DNA of 64,000 nucleotides from Candidatus Latescibacterota bacterium (lineage in GTDB: Bacteria; Latescibacterota; UBA2968): positions 2,144,001 to 2,208,000 of the forward strand of contig OZ242010.1 of NCBI GenBank assembly GCA_965204745.1, read 5' to 3'. Each line of letters opens with the position of its first letter. Within the stretch, counting starts at the first letter, position 1. The translations under genes were made by a program, and so were the position numbers. Shown in pieces: positions 31,716 through 40,217 of this stretch. Below the pieces are notes generated by a model. That model searched no databases. It worked only from the letters and a program-made list of their open reading frames with translations, and was not told the origin of the DNA.

Positions 31716-32120
31716 CTACGCCAACTCCCTTATCGCCGAGACAATGCTTTCGGTGTTCCACTTAACGACTTGGTCGGCATTATCCCGCACCGCCGGAGAA
31801 ATTTCATTTGTCCATGGCCGGATGGCGAGAATAGGTTTTGGTTTTGAAAAGCCACTTTTGGCAATTTTGATTTCCTTGTCTATCCACTTGCTGTATTCGG
31901 CGTACACACCCGCCAAAACGATGACGATACCGCACGGTTGCATTTGATTGTGAATCGCTCTGGACAATTCTTTATCGCTACTGCTATGCACGGGGTCATT
32001 TTTTGGGATAGAGTAGTTGTGATAATGAAAATTTTTGGCTTGCTCCAACAGATTGACCAAGTTGTTATATTGGTCAGCGTGTGTCCAAGAGTGGCTGATG
32101 AACAAATGATAGGGTTTCAT
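31716..32120 (-). CDS. TIR-domain protein, ThsB/MTH538 (DUF1863) type, copy 2
   Basis: LFISHSW, NYSIPKNDP, WIDKEIKIA, KPILAIRPW, VKWNTESIVSAI. Confidence 0.88.
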   Translation of the reverse strand: MKPYHLFISHSWTHADQYNNLVNLLEQAKNFHYHNYSIPKNDPVHSSSDKELSRAIHNQMQPCGIVIVLAGVYAEYSKWIDKEIKIAKSGFSKPKPILAIRPWTNEISPAVRDNADQVVKWNTESIVSAIRELA

Positions 32121-32130
32121 ATTTCCCTCC

Positions 32131-34716
32131 TCACTGTGGGTTTATCCAAGCCGTGATTGGCTCGATTTCCGCCGCGCTTATCGCAGCCGTTGAAGCATAG
32201 ACGACGTGGTATCGAAACTTATCGGGTTGCATCTTTTGCAACCGCTCAACTGCCTTTTGTTTTGCCGCCACTGTCTTGTCGCCGCGCTCGTGCTCGGCTT
32301 TGACCTCGACGATGTAAAACTCGCCCGTCTTCTTCACGATCACAAAGTCGGGAAAGTAACGGTGGTACCGCTCGTCCTCGCCCAGGTACTCAAAGTAAAA
32401 ATCGGTCTTCTTGGGATCGGTCAGGCCGCCCGTGAACAGGAACGCTTTCACATCGTCGGGATCCGTATTGAGCACGGATAAAATTTGCCGAAAGAAAGCG
32501 CGTTCCGGCTCGCTGTCAAAATTGTACGGCGTGTAGTGAAAGCTCAAATCGCGCCCGTCTGCATACTCCTCGCGGTCAGCAGACAGACCCCCGGCCTGTA
32601 TTCGGTCATACGTCTGCTTGAGCAAGCGCAAACGATGGACAAAAACGCCGTTTTCGTCCCGTTCAAAAACATCCTTTCCCGCCTCGTCCCGAACCCGAAT
32701 CAGCGCCAGTGCCTCCGTGACCTGTTCTTCAACGGTCTCGTAATTCGCCTGTTGATCTTCGACCTGCTGAAACAGGCCGTACAAGTGGCTATTCGGCATT
32801 TCGCCCCGTGGATACAAGTCGTTGAGCCGCTTCAAAATCGGCATCATTAACAGGTGGTAGCGCGAGGCGATTTTGTACGCGGCGGCGTGGCAATCTGTCG
32901 TTTCCGCTGCGGCTGGCAGTTCCTCAGTTTTGCCAGTGGGCATCAGCACTTCCCGCGGCCCGCTGAAATCCGGGGTTAGAATGCTGTGCAAAATTCCGGG
33001 GGCTTTTTGCGGTCTCGGCTTATCCAACGCGATCTCGTCGCGCGGTGCTTCGGCGCGGATGGCGCGCTTGACCGTTCGGGTAATCTCCAATGTCGGCAGT
33101 TCTGGTTTGACGATCCGCAGTGTCACGGTCTCTTTGTCACTCGTTCCCGCGCTGAGCAGGTCGAGGTCCGTGCGGAAGTTGTCTTTCAGTTCCTTATCCA
33201 AAATCATCGCATTGCCGTAATCGAGAAAAATTTTTGCCGGATGCCGGTTGCCCGGCACCTGCCGCAAACACCGAGTCGCCGCTTGCAGGACGTAATTGTT
33301 GCTCCTCGTCTGTTCTTTGATGAGCGCGCAGGCAAACAGGCTCGGGCAGTTCCAGCCTTCCACGCCCTTGCCGATCAGCAAAATGACCCGCTTTTGGGTG
33401 GTGGGATTGTTGAGCCGCTTGAACTCGTCGAGCTCGGATGCTTTTGATCGTTGCGTATTGACCAAGATCTGAGAGACGCTTTCGCCAACGCTCGTCATGG
33501 CCTGCTCGATCAAGTGCCGGGATTGGTCCAAGTGCTCCTGCGTCTTGAAGTAAAACGCGATTTTTGCCTTTGATCCGTCCGGCAACGCCACAGGGCCGTA
33601 GTTGCTGAAAAACTCATGGATGATGTCCTTGAAAACATCCCCATCCGACTGCCCTTGGAGGTCGTATTGGTGGATCCCGTTTTGGAGGTCTTTTAGGATA
33701 TTGTCCTGAATGCCATCGCCAAGCCCATACCAAACGAGGACTTCTTTCAGGTGTTGTTTTTTGTAATACGGCGTCCCGGTCGTGTTGATCACCGCGACGA
33801 TAGGGGTTTTCTCGTGGATGTAATTAATCGTCTCGCGCACCCGCTTCAGTTTGTCAAACGTGTTGCCATACGTGTGATGCGCTTCGTCTGAAAAGATGCC
33901 GAGGTTGGGCAAGCTGGCGATTTTTTGCAGCCTGAGATTGGCTTGCAACGCCCTTTCCCGAAACGCGAGGGCTTTCTGATTGCTCCGCCTTCTCGCCCGC
34001 AGACTGATTTTTTCCGTGTTGGTAACGATCAAGTTGTAACTGCTGCCCGTTTGAGCCTGTATGTCCTTTTCTCTGCCCGGGTATTCGATCTTCAAATTGG
34101 CGAGAAAATCGCGGTTGAGGTCGGGCGGCAAAACTTTCTGGTATGGCATACCACCGAGTTCGCGCAGGCTTTCGATAATCGTGGTGCCGGGCGCGAAGAC
34201 CAGGGCGTTTTTCATAAAATTGCCGTCGGGATAACGCAGGGACATCGCAAACTCGGTAGCGACAATCGCGCCGATCAACACGGTCTTGCCGGCCCCCATC
34301 GCCAGCGCGAGGATATAACTCGGATAGTCCAAAATCGCCGCTTCGTGCAACGCCTGAATTTTGAGGCTTTTGACCCAGTCCGAATCGCTTTTGACCTCCT
34401 CGAGCACGCCCTCTATTGTCGCCCACTCCAAAGCGTCTTTTGAGATCGGAATGCCGAGCGCGTCGAAAAGCGTTTTTTTGTCCGCGTAGTAATGCTTGTA
34501 CAGATCGATGACGTGGGGCGTTTGCAGTTTGAGGCGCACATACCAATACACCTCGAGCGCGAGGAATTGAGGCTCGCGCAAAAACTCGAGGGCTGGGCTA
34601 TCCGCCGCCATCTGATAGGCGAGGATTTCGCCGATGAGCGGATGCTCGCGACAAGCATATCCACCCTCGCGCCATTCGAGAGCGGATCGTTTTAGGTCTT
34701 CGTAAAGGATCGGCAT
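32131..34716 (-). CDS. type III-like restriction subunit (Res): SF2 helicase + PD-(D/E)xK nuclease
   Basis: LAMGAGKT, FSDEAHH, EGWNCP, QAATRCLR, YFPDFVI...IVEVKA. Confidence 0.88.
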   Translation of the reverse strand: MPILYEDLKRSALEWREGGYACREHPLIGEILAYQMAADSPALEFLREPQFLALEVYWYVRLKLQTPHVIDLYKHYYADKKTLFDALGIPISKDALEWATIEGVLEEVKSDSDWVKSLKIQALHEAAILDYPSYILALAMGAGKTVLIGAIVATEFAMSLRYPDGNFMKNALVFAPGTTIIESLRELGGMPYQKVLPPDLNRDFLANLKIEYPGREKDIQAQTGSSYNLIVTNTEKISLRARRRSNQKALAFRERALQANLRLQKIASLPNLGIFSDEAHHTYGNTFDKLKRVRETINYIHEKTPIVAVINTTGTPYYKKQHLKEVLVWYGLGDGIQDNILKDLQNGIHQYDLQGQSDGDVFKDIIHEFFSNYGPVALPDGSKAKIAFYFKTQEHLDQSRHLIEQAMTSVGESVSQILVNTQRSKASELDEFKRLNNPTTQKRVILLIGKGVEGWNCPSLFACALIKEQTRSNNYVLQAATRCLRQVPGNRHPAKIFLDYGNAMILDKELKDNFRTDLDLLSAGTSDKETVTLRIVKPELPTLEITRTVKRAIRAEAPRDEIALDKPRPQKAPGILHSILTPDFSGPREVLMPTGKTEELPAAAETTDCHAAAYKIASRYHLLMMPILKRLNDLYPRGEMPNSHLYGLFQQVEDQQANYETVEEQVTEALALIRVRDEAGKDVFERDENGVFVHRLRLLKQTYDRIQAGGLSADREEYADGRDLSFHYTPYNFDSEPERAFFRQILSVLNTDPDDVKAFLFTGGLTDPKKTDFYFEYLGEDERYHRYFPDFVIVKKTGEFYIVEVKAEHERGDKTVAAKQKAVERLQKMQPDKFRYHVVYASTAAISAAEIEPITAWINPQ

Positions 34717-35054
34717 CGATCTGACTCCAAGTCCTTAGAGGCTATCTTAAAATTATCGGGACCTACTCCCCTGGGGCCCCTTCCTCACAGGAAGAGGTGA
34801 GAAGTGAATGAACAACGCAACATGATAGCACGAGCCACATGAAAGAGCAAGGGAAAATCCGCCAAAACCGCGAAAGCCAAACGACGCAAGGCGCGTCTTT
34901 TTTTTTGACAATAAAATCGTATATTTGACGAATGGGCGAATTGACGAACCCCGACCACCGAGTGAAAGGCGAGACGCGAGAGGACTGCCCCGCTGTCCAA
35001 CCCCCCGCGCACTTCGTCGCTTCCTTGAACTTCTCTCTTTTTTAAAGGTTCCGC

Positions 35055-36308
35055 ATGCACTTGCGTCGGTACGTGTTGAGCGAATTGGCGATGCCATTTT
35101 TGCTCGGGTTTTCCGCGATCATTTTTTTGCTGATCATCGATCTCGTTCTGCAAATGCTCGACCGCATTTTGGGCAAGGGCGTGCCCGTGCGCGTGGTCGC
35201 AGAGTTGTTTTTTTTGAATACCGCGTGGATGATCGCCCTCGCCGTGCCCATGGCGGTTTTGGTGAGCGCGTTGTTGGGATTTGGCCGCTTGAGTGCGTCG
35301 GGCGAGATCGCGGGCATGCGCGCCTTGGGCATCGGGGTTCACCAAGTCGTCGCGCCCGTGCTACTCGTCGCCGCGTTGATGGGGGTTGGACTGGTGATTT
35401 TTAATGACCGCGTGTTGCCCGAATTTAATCACCGTGCACGCGCGTTGATGATGGATATTCACCGCAAACGCCCGGCCATCGCGCTGGTGGATAAGGCCGG
35501 CGTGGTGATAGGCGATTTTGAGGATTACCGAATTTTGTTCGACCGCGCCCGGGGCGATGTGCTCTACGACGTGCTGGTGTACAGCTTTGCCCGAGAGGGG
35601 TTCCCCGAGACTGCGGTTGCGGATTCGGGCATGGTCGCGTTTGACGACGCGCGAGACGAGGCCCTGCTCTATTTGTTCGATGGGGAGATGCACCGCATCG
35701 ACCCGGACGATCCCGGGGTGTACGCACTGACGACCTTTGCCAAGGCGCGTTTGCGATTGGGAGAGGCGGGGAACCAGTTGTCGCGGTCTTCGTCCGCGTA
35801 TCGCAATGACCGGGAAATGGATATCGCCACGATGCGGAGGCAAATTGCGGAGTACGAGCGCGAAATCGCCCAAGCACGGGCCGAGGCCGCCGCGTTGATG
35901 GATGCGGTTGCGCGGGAAGTGTTCCTCGATTCCACGGCTTCGATGCAGGCGTTGCAGGGCCGCGTCGCAGCGGATCTGCGGATTGCGCGCCACAAGCAAC
36001 GGGCCGCGGACCGGCTGCGCGTGGAGGTCCACAAGAAGTTTTCGATTCCCGCGGCGTGTGTGGCTTTTGTGTTGGTGGGCGCGCCTATCGGCGTGTGGGC
36101 ACGCAGCAGTAGCGCGGCAATAGGCGCGGGGATCAGCGTGGGGTTTTTCTTGGCGTGGTGGATTTTTCTCATCGCCGGGGAAAAATTGGCGGACCGCGGC
36201 GTGCTCATGCCCTGGTTGGCGATGTGGATGCCCAATGTGCTGACGCTGATCGTCGGCGCGGTTTTGTCCGCGCGGATCATCGGCGAGTGGGGCAAAAAAA
36301 GGAGATAG
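35055..36308 (+). CDS. lptF: LPS export ABC permease LptF
   Basis: LRRYVLSEL, AVPMAVL, GRLSASGEIAGMRALG, EVHKKFSIP, AMWMPN. Confidence 0.88.
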   Translation: MHLRRYVLSELAMPFLLGFSAIIFLLIIDLVLQMLDRILGKGVPVRVVAELFFLNTAWMIALAVPMAVLVSALLGFGRLSASGEIAGMRALGIGVHQVVAPVLLVAALMGVGLVIFNDRVLPEFNHRARALMMDIHRKRPAIALVDKAGVVIGDFEDYRILFDRARGDVLYDVLVYSFAREGFPETAVADSGMVAFDDARDEALLYLFDGEMHRIDPDDPGVYALTTFAKARLRLGEAGNQLSRSSSAYRNDREMDIATMRRQIAEYEREIAQARAEAAALMDAVAREVFLDSTASMQALQGRVAADLRIARHKQRAADRLRVEVHKKFSIPAACVAFVLVGAPIGVWARSSSAAIGAGISVGFFLAWWIFLIAGEKLADRGVLMPWLAMWMPNVLTLIVGAVLSARIIGEWGKKRR

Positions 36309-36310
36309 GC

Positions 36311-37372
36311 GTGCGGATGATGAGTCGCTATGTGGTCGTGCAATTCGCCGTGCCCTTTGGGATCAGCGTGCTGGCCTTTGCCGTCGTTTTCGTGGTGATC
36401 GATTTGGTGGATCGGCTCAGCGCGTTTTTGGACCGCGCCGTGGGCATCGGCGCGATAGTCTCGTACTATCTCTGCTATTTGCCCCATATCATCGTTTTGG
36501 TGATGCCCATGGCGGTCTTGCTCGCCGGGCTGTTTTGCATGGGCGGGTTGATCCAGCGCGGGGAATTGCTGGCGATGAAAGCGGCCGGCATCAGCCTGTA
36601 TCAGGTGGTGATCCCGCTGCAAGTGCTGGCGCTGGGGATCGGCGTTTTGGCCGCTGTGATGACCGATCAGGTGTTGCCGCGGGCGAACCGGGCGCGGGCG
36701 AAGATCGAGCAACCGCGCCGATCAGGCTTCGCCCCGATTCGCGTGCAAATCGCGCTACGCGATACGGCCGGGCGCGTGTTTTCAATGGGGGAATACGACG
36801 CCATAGCCATGCGAGGCAAACGGGTCGTGCTCGACAGGTACGAAGGCGGGATGCTCAAAGAGCGCGTGCGCGCCGAGGATGCGATTTGGGCGGCTACGGA
36901 ATGGCATTTTATGGACGGGGACAGGCGCGTGTTTGGCGAGCGGGAATCGTATCGCGCGTTTCGGTTGTGGATACCGAGAGAGGTGACGCTGACGCCCGAG
37001 GATTTTGCGCGCGATGTGGTGCCCGAGGATCAGATGACGTATCGGGAACTGACCGAGTTTATCCGCCGCAAGACGCGCAATGGCAGCCAAGCCCTGCGAG
37101 AGTCGGTGGCGCGCCACATGCGCTTGGCTTTTCCATTCGCCAATTTTGTCATCGGCTTGTTCGGCCTGCCGATGGCGTCTCGCATGCGCCGCACGGGCCG
37201 CCCCATTCAAATTGGCATGTGCTTGCTGATCTGCTTTGCGTTTTACGGGTGCATTCAACTCGGCCGCGCAATGGCCTGGAACGATGTGCTACCTCCGGCT
37301 TGGGGCGCGTGGGCCGCAAACGCGATTTTCAGCGCGACTGGCCTTGCCCTGCTGCTGACGACGCGAAAATGA
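36311..37372 (+). CDS. lptG: LPS export ABC permease LptG
   Basis: SRYVV, GELLAMKAAGISL, RLAFPFAN, GAWAAN; follows lptF. Confidence 0.88.
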   Translation: MRMMSRYVVVQFAVPFGISVLAFAVVFVVIDLVDRLSAFLDRAVGIGAIVSYYLCYLPHIIVLVMPMAVLLAGLFCMGGLIQRGELLAMKAAGISLYQVVIPLQVLALGIGVLAAVMTDQVLPRANRARAKIEQPRRSGFAPIRVQIALRDTAGRVFSMGEYDAIAMRGKRVVLDRYEGGMLKERVRAEDAIWAATEWHFMDGDRRVFGERESYRAFRLWIPREVTLTPEDFARDVVPEDQMTYRELTEFIRRKTRNGSQALRESVARHMRLAFPFANFVIGLFGLPMASRMRRTGRPIQIGMCLLICFAFYGCIQLGRAMAWNDVLPPAWGAWAANAIFSATGLALLLTTRK

Positions 37373-37559
37373 AAAAGCCCCATCGGAAATCGCTTGCGCG
37401 ACTCGGATGGGGCGTTGGTTTGATGCGTCAAAACGAAGTGCAACCGCGCTTATCCTTGGTGGTTAGGGCGCGGAGGGAAAATCACTTGACAAGGCGAGAG
37501 GGAGTGCGGATTATTTATTTTCTTCCGCAAGTCGTTCAAACGATCTCAGGAGGTTCCCC

Positions 37560-38483
37560 ATGGCAGAATACGATACAATTTCCAAACAGTTGATTCGCAT
37601 CTACCCGCAAGACCTCGTCCGCTTGGCACTCGGACGCGAGGATGTCGAAATTGAAGAAGTTCTCGACACCGAACTCCCGAGGATTGAAACGCGCATGGTC
37701 GATAGCGTGATTCGCGTGCGGATCGATGGCGAGGAAGCCTTGGTACACATCGAATTTCAAACCACCGACAGCGCGAATATGGCTCTTCGCATGGCGATCT
37801 ATATCCTCCGCCTCATCGAACGCTATGACCTGCCGGTCTATGCCTTTGTCATCTACCTGCGTCCCAATGCCGGGCGCCGCGATGAAGGATACTACATTCA
37901 AGAACTTCCCGGCCATCGCGTCTTTGTAGAATACGAGGTGCTTCGATTGACCGAGATAGACGGGCAAGGTATCCTCGAGGGTGGTCATCCGGGCTTGCTT
38001 CCTTTCGCGCCGTTGATGAAGCATCCTGTGGGGATGGGTTCCGAGGACTGGTTGCGCGAGTGTGTTCGCAGGAGCGATTCGGTTTCGTTGGATCAATCAG
38101 AAAAGGCTAATTATTTGAATAGCTTGGCGGTCTTGAGTGGGTTGGCTTATGATCTGCCCACTATCACGCGGATTCTTTCACAGGAGGGTTTTATGGACGC
38201 GATTATGCGTGACTCATCGTTTGCCCAGTACCTCAAGGAACAAGGCATTGAGCAGGGCATTGAGCAGGGCATTGAGCAGGGCATTGAGCAGGGCATTGAG
38301 CAGGGCATTCGAGAGAGCATCCGAGAAGCGTTGGAGATTCGCTTTGATGCGGATGTGGCCGGCCAGTTCGCTGATCGCATTGCGGCCATCGACGATTTGC
38401 AACGGCTCAAGCGGTTGCTTCGCTCGGCGATGCAAGTGGATGATCTGGAGGCCTTTCAGCGCGTGTTGGATGCGGAAGCCTGA
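37560..38483 (+). CDS. Rpn/YhgA-like recombination-promoting nuclease (PD-(D/E)xK)
   Basis: YDTISK, RMVDSV, VHIEFQT, MALRMAIY, (EQGI)6 C-terminal repeats. Confidence 0.85.
   Translation: MAEYDTISKQLIRIYPQDLVRLALGREDVEIEEVLDTELPRIETRMVDSVIRVRIDGEEALVHIEFQTTDSANMALRMAIYILRLIERYDLPVYAFVIYLRPNAGRRDEGYYIQELPGHRVFVEYEVLRLTEIDGQGILEGGHPGLLPFAPLMKHPVGMGSEDWLRECVRRSDSVSLDQSEKANYLNSLAVLSGLAYDLPTITRILSQEGFMDAIMRDSSFAQYLKEQGIEQGIEQGIEQGIEQGIEQGIRESIREALEIRFDADVAGQFADRIAAIDDLQRLKRLLRSAMQVDDLEAFQRVLDAEA
38193..38483 (+). CDS. candidate intragenic small protein (RpnS-like antitoxin)
   Basis: In-frame ATG preceded by AGGAGG at 38182-38187. Confidence 0.6.
   Translation: MDAIMRDSSFAQYLKEQGIEQGIEQGIEQGIEQGIEQGIRESIREALEIRFDADVAGQFADRIAAIDDLQRLKRLLRSAMQVDDLEAFQRVLDAEA
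38238..38309 (+). repeat. 12-bp tandem repeat x6 (GAGCAGGGCATT)
   Basis: Encodes EQGI x6. Confidence 0.95.
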
Positions 38484-38666
38484 CGCGCATCCCCAACCGG
38501 TAGGGGCTGATACCAAATTGAATTGCCGTTGGCCTCATGCGATGCGATATGCGGACATATCACACGAGTTGGGATTGATGGAAGGCTGGATACGAATGAC
38601 CGAAAATCAAATTCACTATAAAAAGGCCGATGTGTTTCGCATCGGTCTTTTGTCATGCGGGTGAGA

Positions 38667-40022
38667 TTACGCGGGTTGCATTTGCAATAAACCTCGGGCG
38701 CGGGGCAAAGGTGGGGCGGGGGCGTAATCCGTCAACTCGCCGATGACCATGCCATCTTCGATTCGCTGCAAGCGCGTATCTACGATCTGTTCACACGCGG
38801 CACTGGGGCCGGGCGCGAGCACGCGGATGTAATTGTCGGTCAGCCCTTGCAAGCACTGCCCGTTGCGGCGGTTTTCAAACAGCACGGGCAAGGTCTGTCC
38901 GAGAAACCGCGCTTGGAATGCCGCCACCTTTTGGCGTCCCAATTCGCGGAGGATCGCGCCGCGTTGCTTCTTCACCTGCGGGTCAACTTGGTTTGCCATG
39001 CGCGCTGCGGGCGTCTTGCCACGCGGGGAATAGGGAAAAACGTGCAAATACGTCAGGGGATGATCGGCGATCAAATCGCGCGTATTTTGAAACGCCGCGT
39101 CCGACTCCCCGGGAAAGCCCACCATCACGTCGCCGCCAATGCCCACGCCGGGCACGCGCTTTGCCACCTTCTCTAGCAGCGCGATGTATTGCGCCCGCGT
39201 GTAGGGGCGGCGCATCGCCTTGAGGATGCCATTGTCCCCGCTTTGCAAGGGGATGTGCAAATGCCGGCAAAACTTTTGGCTCTCCGCAAAAAAATCGATC
39301 ATCTCATCCGTGATGTACGTGGCTTCGATAGAACTGACGCGAAACCGGTCCAACCCATCGATCTGCTCCACAGCTTTTAGCACTTGCAACAACTCGCACC
39401 CTGCCAAATCCGCGCCGTAATCCCCGATATGCACCCCGGTCAGCACCACCTCGCGGTACCCCGCATCCACCAGCTTCTTCACCTGCGACACCGCGCTTTG
39501 CAATGTGCGGCTGCGACTGCGCCCACGCGCAAACGGAATAATGCAGAACGAGCAAAACTCGTTGCACCCCTCCTGAATTTTGACAAAGGCCCGCGCCCGC
39601 CCGCCAAAATTGTAAATATCCATATCTTGGAAATCAGCCGTGCGACTGCGCGTGACAAAGGTTCGGCCCAACGAACAGGTGTCGTTGATCAAATCCAAAA
39701 GCTGCACGCGCTCCGCAGTGCCGACCACCAAATCGACTTCCGGCATTTGGGACAGGGCATCCGGATCGGTTTGGGCATAGCACCCCACGGCCACGACCGT
39801 GCCCTCGGGCGAAATCCGATGCGCCCTTCGCAATGCCTTGCGCGACTGCGCGTCCCCCTGCCCGGTCACGGTACACGTATTGACCACCGTGACATCGGCT
39901 CGGTCGCCAAAGCTCACCTCGCGGTATCCCCGCGCTGCAAATTGCTCGGCATACCACTGCGTGTCGTACGCATTGAGCTTGCATCCGAGCGTGTAAAACG
40001 CCACTGTCTTTTGATCGCGCAT
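38667..40022 (-). CDS. mtaB: tRNA t6A37 methylthiotransferase MtaB
   Basis: TLGCKLN, NTCTVT, GCYAQ, radical-SAM CNEFCSFC, HIPLQSG, HVFPYS.R..T, GLTDNY. Confidence 0.92.
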   Translation of the reverse strand: MRDQKTVAFYTLGCKLNAYDTQWYAEQFAARGYREVSFGDRADVTVVNTCTVTGQGDAQSRKALRRAHRISPEGTVVAVGCYAQTDPDALSQMPEVDLVVGTAERVQLLDLINDTCSLGRTFVTRSRTADFQDMDIYNFGGRARAFVKIQEGCNEFCSFCIIPFARGRSRSRTLQSAVSQVKKLVDAGYREVVLTGVHIGDYGADLAGCELLQVLKAVEQIDGLDRFRVSSIEATYITDEMIDFFAESQKFCRHLHIPLQSGDNGILKAMRRPYTRAQYIALLEKVAKRVPGVGIGGDVMVGFPGESDAAFQNTRDLIADHPLTYLHVFPYSPRGKTPAARMANQVDPQVKKQRGAILRELGRQKVAAFQARFLGQTLPVLFENRRNGQCLQGLTDNYIRVLAPGPSAACEQIVDTRLQRIEDGMVIGELTDYAPAPPLPRARGLLQMQPA

Positions 40023-40217
40023 AACCATTTACCCTTGAAACAGCAAAGCGTTGAGACGAATGCCCCAACGCTTTGATCTCTAACCCCTAACCAGATGTGA
40101 TTCCCCCTTGGATCTTTGGACGAGCACGGGGGCATCGCCCAAAAAGGTGAGAGGTGAGAGGCAAGACGGGAGAAGGCCACCTCTCTCCCCTCTTCCTGTC
40201 AGAAAGGTAGGTAGGTA

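Noticed and set aside
30453-32120. Canonical Thoeris type I/II call
   Set aside because: No ThsA with SIR2/SLOG or Macro domain is present; reported instead as a candidate variant
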